From positions 137,084,001 through 137,148,000 of the forward strand of contig NC_058368.1 in the NCBI RefSeq assembly GCF_018350175.1: a stretch of 64,000 nucleotides of DNA. The letters are read 5' to 3'. The notes beneath the pieces are model-generated. The model did no database searches and was not told where the DNA came from. It saw nothing but the letters and a program-made list of their open reading frames with translations. Position numbers and translations under genes: made by a program. This DNA comes from Felis catus (lineage: Eukaryota). This document shows, piece after piece, positions 25,270-37,883 of this stretch; position 1 is the stretch's first letter, and each line of letters opens with the position of its first letter.

Positions 25270-25857
25270 ATTGCCTTTGAAATGGACTCCCTTCTCCCTT
25301 TGTCTCCCTACAGTCTGTTCTCAACACAGGAGTCAGATGGCTTCTGTGAAACTGTGAGTCACATCATGAAATTCCTCTGCTCAAAACCCTCCAATAATTT
25401 CCCATCTCACCCAAAATAAAAGCCAAAGCCTTCACAGCCTACAGGGCCCTTCCTAATCTACCGTCCACCCACAGCAATCTGACCTCCCTCTTACCCTCCT
25501 CAGCACCCTACTTACTGTCTTTGCCCATTTCCTTCCTTCCGTCTGTTTTTTCTTATAGTCCTTTCAGTGAGTCCTTCTCTTACCCCTTTGTTTACTGTCA
25601 CACCCCTCCAGTTTTCTCTGTTCTTCCCTGCTTTATTTCTTCTGAAATACATTTAAATGTGAGACATTATACTTTGCATGTTCATTTTACTTTATTTTCT
25701 TCCCAATCCCCATCCCCCTCCCTACCACCACCTAGATTATAAGCTCTAGGAAGACAACCATTTTTGTTGCTTTCCTTCACTGCTTTATCCACAGGGGGTA
25801 GGGTAGTGCCTGCCACGTGTTAGGCACTCATTTAACACTTGTTGAATAGCTGAATGA
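25270..25857 (+). mobile_element. L2 3' region
   Basis: 'attcctctgctcaaaaccctccaat...aaaataaaagccaaag...tagtgcctgccacgtgttaggcactca...ttgttgaat'. Confidence 0.8.
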
Positions 25858-26386
25858 CTTGTAGCCTGAGTCAGCCACTTGGAAGGCCACGTGCAAGATC
25901 AGTAAGCAGAGGAGGGTAAAGGAAACGAGAACATACATGGGGCAGGGAGGGGAAGCCAAGAAAAGAGACTGTGAACCCCTGAGAGACAGAAAGAATAGCC
26001 TCCTTCATCAACCCTACCAGTTCCAGTTCTGACTCCCATCAGGTCTCTTAGATGCAGTTTATTTCCTGTCTTTGTATGGGTCCACATATGTCCATGATAT
26101 TACCCACTTTATCTTTACAGCAACACTCTTTTACTTGATCCTGCTTCAAAGGGAGAATACAAAGAGACAACATTAGAAAAATAGGCAGCCCAGATCACCT
26201 GGGACTTTATGGGCCATTGTACATACTTTGGCTTTTGCTCTGTTTGAAATGGGAGGCCACTGCAACATGTTTTTGTTCAGAGGCGTGACATGCTGATTTT
26301 TATTTAAAGGAGCTGCCTCTGACTGCTATATGTAGATAAGTGTTGTGAGGAGGTGTATTAAGGCTCTCCAGGGAAATAGAACCAGT

Positions 26387-26389
<3 letters not shown>

Positions 26390-26436
<47 letters not shown>

Positions 26437-26455
26437 CATATACATAATGTACACA

Positions 26456-26503
<48 letters not shown>
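26390..26503. repeat. Compound (TG)n...(AG)n microsatellite within MLT2
   Basis: (TG)n at 26390-26433 and (AG)n at 26461-26503. Confidence 0.95.
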
Positions 26504-26506
<3 letters not shown>

Positions 26507-26577
26507 AGATTTATTTTAAAGAATTGTCCCACACTGTTGTTGGGACTGGCAAGTTTAAAATCCATATTGCTGGACAG

Positions 26578-27548
26578 CACCATTTTATACCCATTAGAAT
26601 GACTACTCTCCAAAAACAAACCCCAGAAAATAACAAGTATTGGCAAGAATTGGAACCCTTATACACTGTTGGTGGGGGTGTAAAATGGTATGGTTACTGT
26701 GGAAAACAGTATAGTTGTTCCTCAATCAATTAAAAGTAGAACTATCATATGATCCAGAATAGCTCTTCTGGGTATATACCTAAAAGAATAGAAAGCAGAG
26801 TCTCAAAGAGGTATTTGTACACTAATGTTCATAGCAGTGTTATTCATAGTAGTTAAAACATGGAAACAACCCAAGTGTCCATCACCAGATAGACGGAGAA
26901 GCAAAATGTGGTATATATGTACAAAAGAATGTTATTCACCCTGTAGAAGGAAAGAATTTCTGACATCTGCTACACCATAGGTGAACCTTGAAGACATTAT
27001 ACTGAGTGAAATGAGATAGTCACAGAAGGACAGATGCTATATGGTCCTACTTGCATGAGGAACTTAGGGTAGTCAACATCACAGAGACAGAAGTTGTAAT
27101 GGTGGTTTCCAGGAACTGGAGGAAGTGAGGAATGGGGAATTATTGGTTAATGTATTATAGAGTTTCAGTTTTACAAGATGAAAAGATTTGTGGAGATGTT
27201 ATGGGGTGGTAGCTATACAACACTGTGAATATATTCAATACCAGTAAACTGTACACTTAAAAATGGTTAAGATGGGGGCGCCTGGGTGGCTCAGTCGGTT
27301 AGGCGTCCGACTTCAACTCAGGTCACGATCTCACGGTCCGTGAGTTCGAGCCCCGCATCGGGCTCTGGGCTGATGGCTCAGAGCCTGGAGCCTGCTTCTG
27401 ATTGTGTGTCTCCCTCTCTCTCTGCCCCTCCCCCATTCATGCTCTGTCTCTCTCTGTCTCAAAAATAAATAAACGTTAAAAAAAATTTAAAAAAATGGTT
27501 AAGATGGTAAATTTTATGTTATACACATTTTACCATAATAAAAAAAAT
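26578..27548 (+). mobile_element. 5'-truncated L1 (L1MA/L1MB-like ORF2 end and 3'UTR)
   Basis: HFIPIRM and 'ggaacccttatacactgttggtggg' motifs; 3'UTR 'gagtttcagttttacaagatgaaaaga...tgtacacttaaaaatggttaagatgg'; A tail at ~27540. Confidence 0.9.
27275..27490 (+). mobile_element. Can-SINE (SINEC_Fc-like)
   Basis: TSD aaaaatggttaagatg. Confidence 0.95.
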
Positions 27549-28584
27549 GGGAGCAAAGAAGAAGAGGTGATGTCGCAGTCTTGAATCCAAAGGTGGAAAC
27601 TCAGATAGAATTTCTGTATTGTGGGGTGGAGGCAAAATTCTTTCTTCTTTGGAAGGCCTCAGTCTTTGCTTTTAAGACTTTCAACTGAATGGATAAGGCC
27701 CTCCACATTATGGAGGATAATTTGGTTTACTTAAAGTCTACTGATTTAAATATTACTCACACCTAAAAAAAAAAATGCCTTCAGAGCAATATCTAGACTG
27801 GTATTTGATCAAACAACTGGACACCCTAGCCTAGCCAAGTTGACACATAAAAGTAACTGTTACAGGAGGCTAGGGTGGAATCAGGGAGACCAGTAAGGAA
27901 ACAGTTAGGACAATCCAGACGGGCAATAGCGGTAGCTTGGGCCAGTTTAGTAAGCAGTGAAGATGATGAGAAATGGTAAGTTTTTTTATGTATTTTGAAG
28001 GTTGAACTGACAGCAGTTACTAATAAATTGTATGTCAGATGTGAGAGAAAATGAAGAATCCAGGATGATTTCAAAGCTCCTTGCCTGAGCAACCAGAAGA
28101 TATTGTTTCCATCAACTAAAACGGAAAGGCTGCAGGGGGAGCAGTTTGCAGGGAGAATGGAAGAAAATCCGGAGTTCTATTTCAGACCTGCTCTGTTGGG
28201 ATGCTCGATACCCATCCAAGTAAAGATGCTGAATAGCCAGTTAGATATATCAGCCTGGAGTTTAGAGGAAAGAAAGTCTAGATGGGAGATAGAAATGTAG
28301 ACATTTCAGCATATACAGGTAATGTTAAAGTCATGAGACTAGTGACCTCAACTGTAGCTATTTTGGTGGAGTGATGGGGCCACAAGCTTGATTAGAGGAG
28401 CTTCAAGAGAGAGTAAGAAAAAGAGATGGTAATGAATCTATAGACACTTCTTTTCAAGAGTTTTTCTATAAAAGGGAGAGCAATAGGCTAGTGGGGTCTG
28501 CAAGAGTTTTTTAATTAAATATATAATGGTGTATTTATATGCTTATGGGAGTGGTCCTGTAGAGAGGAAAAAAAGTCAAGGATT

Positions 28585-28800
28585 TTAATGAATGTTTACT
28601 GTGTGTCAGGAGCTGTGCTAAGTACATATGTCTCTCTTGATCATCACAGCAAGCCTATGAGGTTGGAACTGTTATTATCCCTACTTCACAGCTGAGAAGA
28701 CTGAGGAACAGAGAGTAAAAGTCACTGTCAAAGTCACACAGGTAGTAAGACAAGAGAGAGAGTAAGAATCTTAACTCAGGAGTGTCTGATTCCAGATCCA
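28585..28800 (-). mobile_element. MIR
   Basis: 'tttactgtgtgtcagg...cctatgaggttggaactgttattatccctacttcacagctgagaagactgagg'. Confidence 0.75.
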
Positions 28801-29225
28801 TGGAGCACCTCCCTACACAGTCCCTACATTTAGCCCCCCATTTGTAGAATCCACTAAGGATATGAAGAGATATCTCAAAACTTTGTCTAAAACTTTAGTG
28901 AATTTTATGGAGAAACCTCTGTATTATAATAATGTTTGCTAAGTGGGGGTTCTGGGCTACTCCTCACTTCTCTTTGTTGGGTTAATTCCAACCAAGTTCA
29001 GTCACCTTTTTGAGCTTCTCCCTAGTCATCCCCTGACAGTCTGCCCATGTTACATTATAGTATAGGCTACATGTTTGTACAGTTTCAGGCAAGGGATCTA
29101 TACTCCTTGTGTGTGCCAAGATCTGCTACCTGAAAAGCTCTCAGTACATCTTTGTCAAATGATTAATTAATCCATTTAGATAAAGCTGACAATCCCTTGT
29201 TCTCAGAGATGAGAAATTCTTAGAG

Positions 29226-29436
29226 AAGTGGAGGATCCCCTCCTCCCACCATGCCTGGGATTTCTGGCGATGTCTCTAGCATGTTTTGGTTATTGCAACT
29301 GGGGTTGAAAAGTTACTAGTGAGGTCAATTGGATAGAAGCCAGAGATGCTGTTAAACAGCCTACAGTGCAGAGTGGTTCACCACAACAAAGAATTATCTG
29401 GCCAAACTCTCAACAGAACGGAGTTTGAAAACCTCT
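29226..29436. mobile_element. MER20 hAT-Charlie fossil
   Basis: 'tggcgatgtct...ttttggttattgcaactgggg...tagaagccagagatgctgttaaacagcctacagtgca...cacaacaaagaattatctggcc'. Confidence 0.8.
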
Positions 29437-30289
29437 TTCATAGATTAAAACAGAAAATGAGGTTCTCAGATATATTCCAACAAGGATTTTTCCTGCCTTT
29501 TTTCCCCTCATTCTCATTATTCCTAAGTTAGGGTGAGATGCTTATTTCATCAAATCTTGGGTTACTTCTCCATCAGCTGTAGCCTAGATATTTTGTCCCA
29601 AAACTGAGGTAGTTCTCTAAATTGAATAGACACTAGCCTATTACCCTTAGAATTAGGTTACAGCTCTCCAAATGAGGTGCTGAAAACAGCTGTTAACTTC
29701 CAGATTCTCTCAGGGATTTTCAGAATATTTAACAATAAATATGTCAACACTAACTTCTTATCCATTCTGGAATACATTGGGGTCACTACTGCTAATAATC
29801 TATGCACCAATTCCCTCTAAAGCCACCAGATTCCAAAAATCTATAGACAAAAGCTCTTCCCAAGCTTGCTCCCATCTCCAAGTACAGAAATGGAAAACAG
29901 AAAAAAAATCTTCCTTAGATTGAGCCCCCTCCCCAGCAAATACAGAGAAACATTGGGTAAATGTTTTAACAATATACGTCAGGTTCAAAAACAAAGAGAA
30001 AGGTCTAGGTGCCAGAAATGAAGATGGGCTCCTTGGTCCTGAGTGGAATTGGGGTTTTGTGACCTACAGGACTAAGCAAACTCGGCATCAGGTTTTCTTG
30101 CAATTTAGGGATCGGCATATGCAGGAAAAGGGGACAGGAACAAAGGCATAGGCCCTGCTCAAGTGAGGAAATTGAAGTGACTTCCTGGACCAAGCTGGGA
30201 GTTGGGGGAATCCTTGTCTTCAGTTCAAGAGCTTGTTTTGGACGCAAGTGTGAACCCCTCTTATTGGAGAAAAGGTTATTTGTTTGTTT

Positions 30290-30511
30290 ATTTTTAATTG
30301 CTTTTAGTTTTTATTTATTTTCTTGTTTATTTATTTAGAGAGAGAGAGCATGTGTGTGAGCAGGGGAGAGGGGCAGAGGGGGAGAGAGAAAATCTTAAGC
30401 AGGCTCCACACTCAGCACAGAGCCCAACCCAGGGCTCAGTCCCCTCAATCTCATCTCTTGAGCTGAAATCAAGAGTTGGACGCTCAATCATCTGAGCCAC
30501 CCAGGTTCCCC
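30290..30511 (-). mobile_element. Can-SINE
   Basis: Reverse-complement head 'ctgagccacccaggttcccc' and GA tract. Confidence 0.92.
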
Positions 30512-30759
30512 AGAGAATCATTCTTGAAAAACCAGAGCCCCCAGGCTGCTCTGCATGCAGCTGTGTGGCCAGACTTGTGTACTACATAGAGAGAGAGACA
30601 GACGGACCCAGAGAGAGACACACAGCTTTAAGAAATTGGCAAACCGCGTCAGAGGTGCTCTCAAAACTGAGCTAAAGAGTTGCCTCTACAACTCAGAAGT
30701 GCATAGGATACTTGAAGAAGGTAATTTCTGCTGCAGATGAGCTAAAAGCAAATAAGGAA

Positions 30760-30990
30760 ATGCAGTTTGTTCAGAGATAATCAACTGGTGCTAAAATTGG
30801 AGAAATTAAACCAAAAGAACTATAAATATTAGGTTAATCTGAAAGTGATATCAAAATAAATATGTTTAAGTGTTCATCAAGATGAGGAAAGAAATAGAGC
30901 TCATTAGGCGAGATGGGGCATTTTGAAACAAAAGAGTAGAGAGATTGGAAAGACAAACAAATAATGAAAGAAGTATTTTTAAAAAGAGAA
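30760..30990 (+). mobile_element. Old L1 (L1ME/HAL1-like) ORF1 fragment
   Basis: A-rich 'gaactataaatatt...aaaataaatatgtttaa...gaaagaaatagag' resembles recalled ORF1 consensus. Confidence 0.45.
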
Positions 30991-31374
30991 TCTCTCAACA
31001 GTGGAGAAAGTAGCAGCTAGAAAGCGTTTAAGACCCACTAAAACAATAAACTACCAATTATTTGCTGTACAACCAGGTTACTGAGGAGTGGTCTTAGCTT
31101 ACTGAGGTATAAACATTTAAAATTTTAAATTTTTTCTAATTACTTCTAAATAGGCTCTCTTGACACCCTTCTTTCCTGTAAGGTAGGTGGTCTAGCAATA
31201 TCTCTTGGCTGGCTTCTATAACCATGTTTTCACAGTTACTGGAACTATCTCACTTTGATTTTTAAGACTAATCTTACTTATTTTAAAACTTCATTCTGGT
31301 CTCATCTCTTCTCCTCCCCTCAGCTCTGAGATGAAAGTAAATGCAGGGTTCTCTTCACACTGTTTTTCTTTTCT

Positions 31375-31577
31375 TTTTTCTTCTTTTTTTAAATGTTTAT
31401 TTATTTATTTTGAGAGAGGGAGGGAGGGAGCGGCAGAGGGAGACAGAGAATCCCAAGCAGTCTCCACGCTGTCAGCGCAAAGCCTGATGTGGGACTCAGT
31501 CCCACAAACCCTGAGATCATGACCTGAGCCAAAATCAAGAGTAGGACGTTTAACTGACTGAGCCAACCAGGTGCCCC
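31375..31577 (-). mobile_element. Can-SINE
   Basis: 'tttatttatttattttgagagag...actgagccaaccaggtgcccc'. Confidence 0.93.
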
Positions 31578-32724
31578 TCTTGTTCCTTTTTTACTGTCTT
31601 TGAACTTTCTCCTTCCCTTCTTTTCAGATGTGGACCAAACTTTTGCCTACTTCTGGTGTCCCCTGCTGATGGGTGTTCTACTGGCAGATGGTCCTCTAGG
31701 CTTACTTAGTGTGGTGTCCAGCATCACTCCAGCCCCTCTGTTGTTGAACCCCTCTCTCCATGGGCCAGCTATATCTCCGTTGGAATCCATGCATACACTG
31801 TGATTCTTCTGCTGGGTTGGGCATCCCTTTGTATGACCCAGTCACATAGCTCCTGGCCCTCCACTACCCTCTGAGCTCCTTTATGTGTACATGAGGATCC
31901 AGATCCACATCCTTTCAGGTCCATGGATGGGGTGGGGTGTCCCCTCTTTTCCTCGTAGGCATGCTGGCTGTTCATTGAACTTGGAATGCAGAGTGCCCAG
32001 TGCCTGTTGTTCTCACTTTTGGTTTAGCTGCAATCCTCGGACAACAGAAACAGTCCCACTTAGCATCTTGCACTTCCACACTGTGCCATGTCACTACACT
32101 GGCTGAAAAACCAAGGTTCGGGGAGGTTAATAAATAACTGGCCCAACTAGTCACCTGAGGAGCGTGGATACAAATATAAATTTTTCTGACTCCAACATGA
32201 ATGTTTTCCACTATGCTCTGCTGTAAGAGAAGATATTCTTCTAGAAAAGATTTGGAGAAAATTAAACAACTTACTACTCTGGGAGAGTTAGCACAAAACT
32301 GCAGCAGGAGTAAAGCATGAGGGGAGAAGCACAGGGCTTGCAAGCCATGGCCCGTTGCGGATCTGAAGCTTTAGCTAGGAGTCCTCTGATCTAAGGAATC
32401 TGGGGCGGTGTGATGATTTAAGGTGGAGGTCCTGGGGATCCTGGGGGATCAAGAGCAGAAAGACAGATGAAAGGACTGTCTTTTGTGCTTTGGAAGGTAA
32501 GCCCCAAAGAAGAGGAAGCAGGAAGCTCTGTCCTCCTGATGTCTCTAGAAGTAAAGGATCCTCCTGATTCTCTTCCAGGCTTTCCGCATAGGTCAGAGTA
32601 TCAGGATTGGGAGGAGGGAAGGCAGCCAGGTTAGTAGCTCTTTCCAGGAGTCAATACTATACATTTTACTGGCATTTCCTTTAAACTCTCCTCCAGGAAG
32701 TATGGGTAGAGGAGTGGGCATTCA

Positions 32725-32850
32725 CATCCACAATTTTCAGATGAAGAAATACAGGCCCAGAGAGTGAGCATGACTTGCCCAAAGATACACAGAGTCAGGA
32801 CTTCATCCAGGGTGCAAAGTCTAGTGTTTGACTCATCTTGAGTCTGGTCA
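32725..32850 (-). mobile_element. MIR fragment
   Basis: 'ttttcagatgaagaaatacaggcccagagagtgagcatgacttgcccaaag'. Confidence 0.65.
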
Positions 32851-33724
32851 CCTGCTCTGCTGTGCCTTCCTTCTTGTGTCCCTCTTGGGGTCTGTTTCTT
32901 AGCAAAGGAGATATACAGCTGTAAGATACTCAAAAAATAATAGTAATAATATCTGTAAAAACATTTTTAAGACTGTAAAGCTATATAGACGCAAGGAAGA
33001 ATTACTATCAAGTGTGGAAACGGTTTATAACATTATCCTTCTGTAATGACTAATTATTTTAATTTCTCATCTTCCCTGAGAATGGAACATTAAGTTAGGA
33101 CAAATATGACTTAGGGTAGATGAGGTGAGTGCCAAAAATGGAACATTGTAAAGAAAGCTTACAGAACTTCTGGCAAAGAAATTGGGGAAGGAGCCCATCT
33201 CTCTAGGTGACTTCTCCCTGAATGCAAAACAGACCACGAAAATCAGTTGTGGAAGAAATCCTGATCCTTCAAAGAGGAGCTATCAAAACTTGATTTTTCA
33301 GGAAAATGACTCTGATATTTTTTAAGTCATCTGCTTTGGGGTACCACCTACCTAGCCAAGAAGGAAAGGAAAAATATGAAAACTTCAGGAAGAATCTATG
33401 TGCCCCAAGAATAAATGATTGACCAAACTTGGGGCCATGTGTGAAAGAAAGAAAATAGCATTAACCCAGAGTGTTTCTCACTTTCCCCCCAAGTCCTCAG
33501 CTGGCCAGGAAGGGGAATAACACAATTCCCTTTAAGGACTTTTTTAGTGAGAAATGAGGCCAATCATCATCTAGCTGCTGAAGGCCATCTATTGAAGGAA
33601 ATGAGACATGTTTACCAGTCTCAGACAGATGCATTTATGAGTGATTATCTAAGTGCGACCCCTCCTGTCCAGCTTGTGTGGCACTCACAGAGGAAACTCT
33701 AGGTTATTTTATGGGCTAGAAAGC

Positions 33725-33890
33725 ATAGAAGCATGAAATGTTAGAGTTGGAAGGGGTTAGAGAACATCCAATCTAGTTTCCTATTTTACAAACCAGTGAT
33801 AAGGGCCCAGAGTGATTAAGTGACTTACTCAGCATTACACAGAGAGTGCAACCCAGATCTCCTAATCCCCAGTCCAATATTTTCCTATCC
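33725..33890 (-). mobile_element. MIR3/MIR fragment
   Basis: 'aatgttagagttggaaggg...catccaatcta...gcccagagtgattaagtgacttactc'. Confidence 0.6.
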
Positions 33891-33924
33891 TCTTGACAAT
33901 ATTTCCCATAAATGCCATTGGTTT

Positions 33925-34143
33925 GGGGTGCCTGGGTGGCTCAGTCGGTTAAGTGTCCAGCTTCGGTTCAGGTCATGATCCCACAGTTCATGAGTTCGAG
34001 CCTCATGTTTGATTCTGTGCTGACAGCTTGGAGCCTGGAGCCTGCTTTGGATTCTGTGTCTCCTTCTGTCTCTGCCTGTCTTCTGTTCATGCTCTGTCTC
34101 TCTCTGTCCCTCAAGAATAAATAAATGTTAAAAAAATTTTTTT
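33925..34143 (+). mobile_element. Can-SINE
   Basis: Full SINE followed by (GAAT)n. Confidence 0.95.
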
Positions 34144-34182
34144 GAATGAATGAATGAATGAATGAATAAATAAATGTTGCGG

Positions 34183-34423
34183 TTTTTATTTTTATTTAAT
34201 TAAAAAAATTTTTTTTAATATTTATTTTTGAGAGAGAGAGAGAGAGAGAGACAGAGCACTAGCGGGGAAGGAGCAGAGAGAGAGGGAGTCACAGAATCCG
34301 AAACAGGCTCCAGGCTCTGAACTGTCAGCACAGAGCTCAATGTAGGGCCTGAACTCACAAACCCCAAGATCATGACCTGAGCCAAAGCCGGACACTCAAC
34401 TGACTGAGCCACCCAGGAGCCCC
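34183..34423 (-). mobile_element. Can-SINE
   Basis: Reverse-complement SINE, tail-to-tail with the preceding copy. Confidence 0.95.
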
Positions 34424-36335
34424 AAAATGTAATTGGTTTTATGTAGTTGGTTACAAGACCTGTCTATGGAAGATCATGAAAACTACGTATTTATTTCCTG
34501 TGGGCTGAATTATAAAGAGGATATTGACATCATTTACTTGATCTAAAGCATTGCTAATCAATCAGTAATTGAATCTTAAGCTATTAATTTGAAGAACTGT
34601 TAAAAAGATTTAAAACTCTTTCCATATTTTCCCCATTATACATCACACATTTATGTAAAAGATTACACCATTTCTTCTCAGCCCAGAGTTCACAGTGATT
34701 TTCAAAGGAAAGAAATTTCACCAGGTAACAGGAACAGTCAGTATGGAAATCAGAAGGCCCAGGTCTCCTGAGATTCCCCCCAATGGCCAGTTGTGTTGGC
34801 AGCTGTTGTTTTCTATTTCCTATCTTCCTGCTCACAGCCTGCTGAGTGCAGCCAGAGGGCATCATGCCACTATGTGCACTGGGTGTCCCACAGACCCAGA
34901 CGATCAAACCTGAGCTGCCTCCTCTCTACCATCCAGGAGCATTGGGCTCGCTCCCTCTCAAGTTCCTTCCCACCGTTCTTTTACCTTCCCATGTTCTCAA
35001 GCTCTCATTCCTCTTGGTCCCTTCAGTCTTTAGAATGATCTTGCCCCAATTTTTATGAAAAAGCAATCAAAGTCATTCAACGTGGCATAACAGAACTTAC
35101 CTTTTCTTCACTCAAAAATGTCTCTTGATCTTCTGACCTTTTTCAAAGGAAAAAAAGGTTCCTTTTTTCCTTCAAAGTCTAGTTCTCTATTTGTGCTTGG
35201 GAATCCCTCCCAGGACAGTGCTCCATCAATTACCACTGTTTTCTTCTTCATTTATCTTTTCTCTCTTTTCTTTCTGACTTCTCTCTTGCATAGAAAAACG
35301 CTCACATTTTTCCTGAACTTAGAATCTTTGACCACTTTCTCTCAAGCTAAACCTCCTCTCTACTCTTCCTATTATTGCTGGATTTGATGCACTCTTACCA
35401 CCTCCTTAATACCTTTAATCTCAGTTTTATTCCATTTGTCTCCTGAAATCATTTTGTGGAGTGAAAATAATTGATATTTAATCACTAGCCTCAATGGTCT
35501 ATTCTTAGTTTTTAGTCTTTCTTGAGCTTCATGCAGGGTTTTGTTCACTCAGGAGATATTTACTAAACACCTGTATTGGCAAGGCCCTGAGCTCAGCCCT
35601 GTGGGGAATAAGATGAGTGATGTCCTGCCAGGAGCTTATAAACTACTGGAAGAAATAAATACAGAAATGCATCAAGTGAGTGCTTTTTCCTTTCCCAGGA
35701 ATTTGGTTCTGTAATTTCAATGACATTTTTCACATTATTTATTTATGTGTCTGATCACCCAAGCTAGAATCTAAGTTCCTTGAGGAACAGGACACTTTTT
35801 TCTGTCCCCACTTATGCTGTGTGTAGAACCTTGACCCTGATAAGTGTTTGTGGCAGTCAGCCTCTGAGATGGCCGCAAAGATCCTCACCCTCTGGTATTC
35901 ATGTTCTTGTGTAGTGTCTTTCTATATTGAATAGGGCTGACCTATACCACCATTAGGATATTGAATAAATTACAGTTTGTCACTTTTGAGGCTAGTTCAT
36001 AAAAGACATTACAGCTTTGTCTTGCTTTCTCTTGGATCACTCAGTGTAGCAGAAGGCTGTCATAAGAACACTCAAGCAGCCCTATGACTGAGGCCACCTG
36101 CCAATAGCCAAGTGAGTGGTCTTGGAAATGGATCTCCCAGTCCCAGTCAAGCCTTATAGTGACTGAAGCCCTAACTGACACCTCGACTGCAATATTATGA
36201 GAGAACCTGAGCCAGAACCTCTGAACTAACCCATCACCAAATTCCTAACCCACAGAACTTGTGTGTGATTATACATATTTCTAGTGTTAAGATGTTATAT
36301 TTTTGATAATTTGTTGTACAAGAGTAGTTAATTCA

Positions 36336-36556
36336 GGGGCACCTGGGTGGCTCGGTCCGTTAAGCGTCCGACTTTGGCTCAGGTCATAATCTCACAGTTC
36401 ATGAGTTTGAGCCCCATGTCAGTCTCTGTTCTGACAGCTCAGAGCCTGGAGCCTGCTTTGGATTCTGTGTCTTCCTCTCTCTGCCCCTCCCATGCTCGTG
36501 CTCTGTCTCTCTCTGTCTCTCAAAAATAAGCAAACATGTAAAAAAAAAAAAAAAAA
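36336..36556 (+). mobile_element. Can-SINE at the end of the MLT1 5' LTR
   Basis: TSD aagagtagttaattca. Confidence 0.95.
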
Positions 36557-37349
36557 GAGTAGTTAATTCAAATTTAGTACCTGAAAGTGCAGTAGTATTA
36601 CTATAATAAAAACCTAAAACACGGGAGTGGCTTTTGAAGTGGGAAGCAGGCAGAAATTGGAAGAACATAGAAGAAACTGTGAGAGAAGCCTGAAGGGCCT
36701 TGAAGGCTCTTATAGTAGAAGTTGATCACCTTTGAGGGGGCTGCAGGGCAAGTTTAAAGGACAATAAGGAAAAGGTTATTGGAAACTAGAGAAAAGTTGA
36801 TTCTTCCTATGAAATGGTAAAATGAGCCCCAACAAAGTGGAAACTAGAAATATACCTGGTGAACTGGCTGACCTATCCAAGGAGATTTCCAGTCAGAGTG
36901 TTGATGCCCCCTGGTTTCTTCTTGCTGCTTCTAGTAAAATGTAAGAGGGGAGAGGTAAGCTAAAGGAAGTACTGGTAAACAAAAGAGCCCCCAGAAGTAT
37001 TGTATTTAAAGTTTCCCAGTTTGCCCAGAATTCTAGCATGCTCTTCTGAGTACTCTCAGAAAAACATGATCTAAAGATGAAGCCAAGGATTGACTATAAA
37101 ATCCTCCATTAAGTTCTCAGAAAGATCTAAGGCTGTGCTTCAAGAACTATTCATCCAAACAATATGGCTCCTAAGAAGTCTAAGGATGCTGTGCCCTAGC
37201 AGTCTCAGAGAAGCTCAGGAAGAGAAGGGCTTATCTTGAAGCAATTTGTGGATGTGACTTTTACCTAATGAAGTGAACCCCAATAAGAGTGCAAACCCAC
37301 AACGTTTTGTCAAACCCACAGATTGTATTGTCATAAATATGGCCAACTT

Positions 37350-37883
37350 CACATGTACCCCAATGTTTATAGCAGCGTTTTCAACAATAGCTAAATTATG
37401 GAAAGAGCCCAAATGTCCATCAACTAATGAATGGATAAAGAAGAAGATGTGGTTTATATATACAATGGAATACTACTTGGCAATGAGAAAGAATGAAATC
37501 CTGCCATTTGCAACAGTGTGGATGGAACTGGAGGGTGTTACGCTAAGTGAAATAAGTCAGAGAAAGACAGAAATCATATGTCTTCACTCATGTAGAACTT
37601 GAGAAATTTAACAGGAGACCGTGGGGGAAGGGAAGGGGAAAAATAGTTTCAAACAGAGAAGGAGGCAAACCATAAGAGACTCTTAAACACAGAGAACAAA
37701 CAGGTTTGATGGGGGGAGGGGAGGGGAAAATGGATGATTGGCATTGAGGAGGGCACTTGTTGGGATGAGCACTGGGTGTTGTATAGAAGCAATGAATCAC
37801 AGGAATCTACCCCCAAAACCAAAAGCACAATGTATACACTGTATGTTAGCCAACTTGACAATAAATTATATTTAAAAAAAAAA
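37350..37883 (+). mobile_element. 5'-truncated carnivore L1 (ORF2 C-terminus and 3'UTR)
   Basis: Reads TCTPMFIAAFSTIAKLWKEPKCPSTNEWIKK.MWFIYTMEYY; carnivore-type 3'UTR 'gagggcacttgttgggatgagcactgggtg'; poly(A) at 37874-37883. Confidence 0.95.

Larger units (their letters stand above)
26354..27864 (-). mobile_element. MLT2 (ERVL) solo LTR split by an L1
   Basis: Starts tgtattaaggctctccagggaaatagaacc, ends ccaagttgacacataaaagtaactgttaca; 5-bp TSD ggagg at 26349-26353 and 27865-27869. Confidence 0.88.
26180..28560 (-). mobile_element. L2 element split by an MLT2 insertion (parts 26180-26353 and 27865-28560)
   Basis: Antisense L2 motifs 'ccagatcacctgggactttatgggccattgt', 'agggagaccagtaagg', 'gcctgagcaacc', 'gatgctgaatagccagttagatat'. 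Confidence 0.8.

Noticed and set aside
26326..26733. VCVC/ERER/THTH low-complexity ORFs (also near 4573, 11079, 62479)
   Set aside because: Translations of dinucleotide microsatellites.
37273..37602. 109-aa ORF with CTPMFIAA motif
   Set aside because: Chance read-through from MLT-int into the C-terminus of a truncated L1 ORF2.
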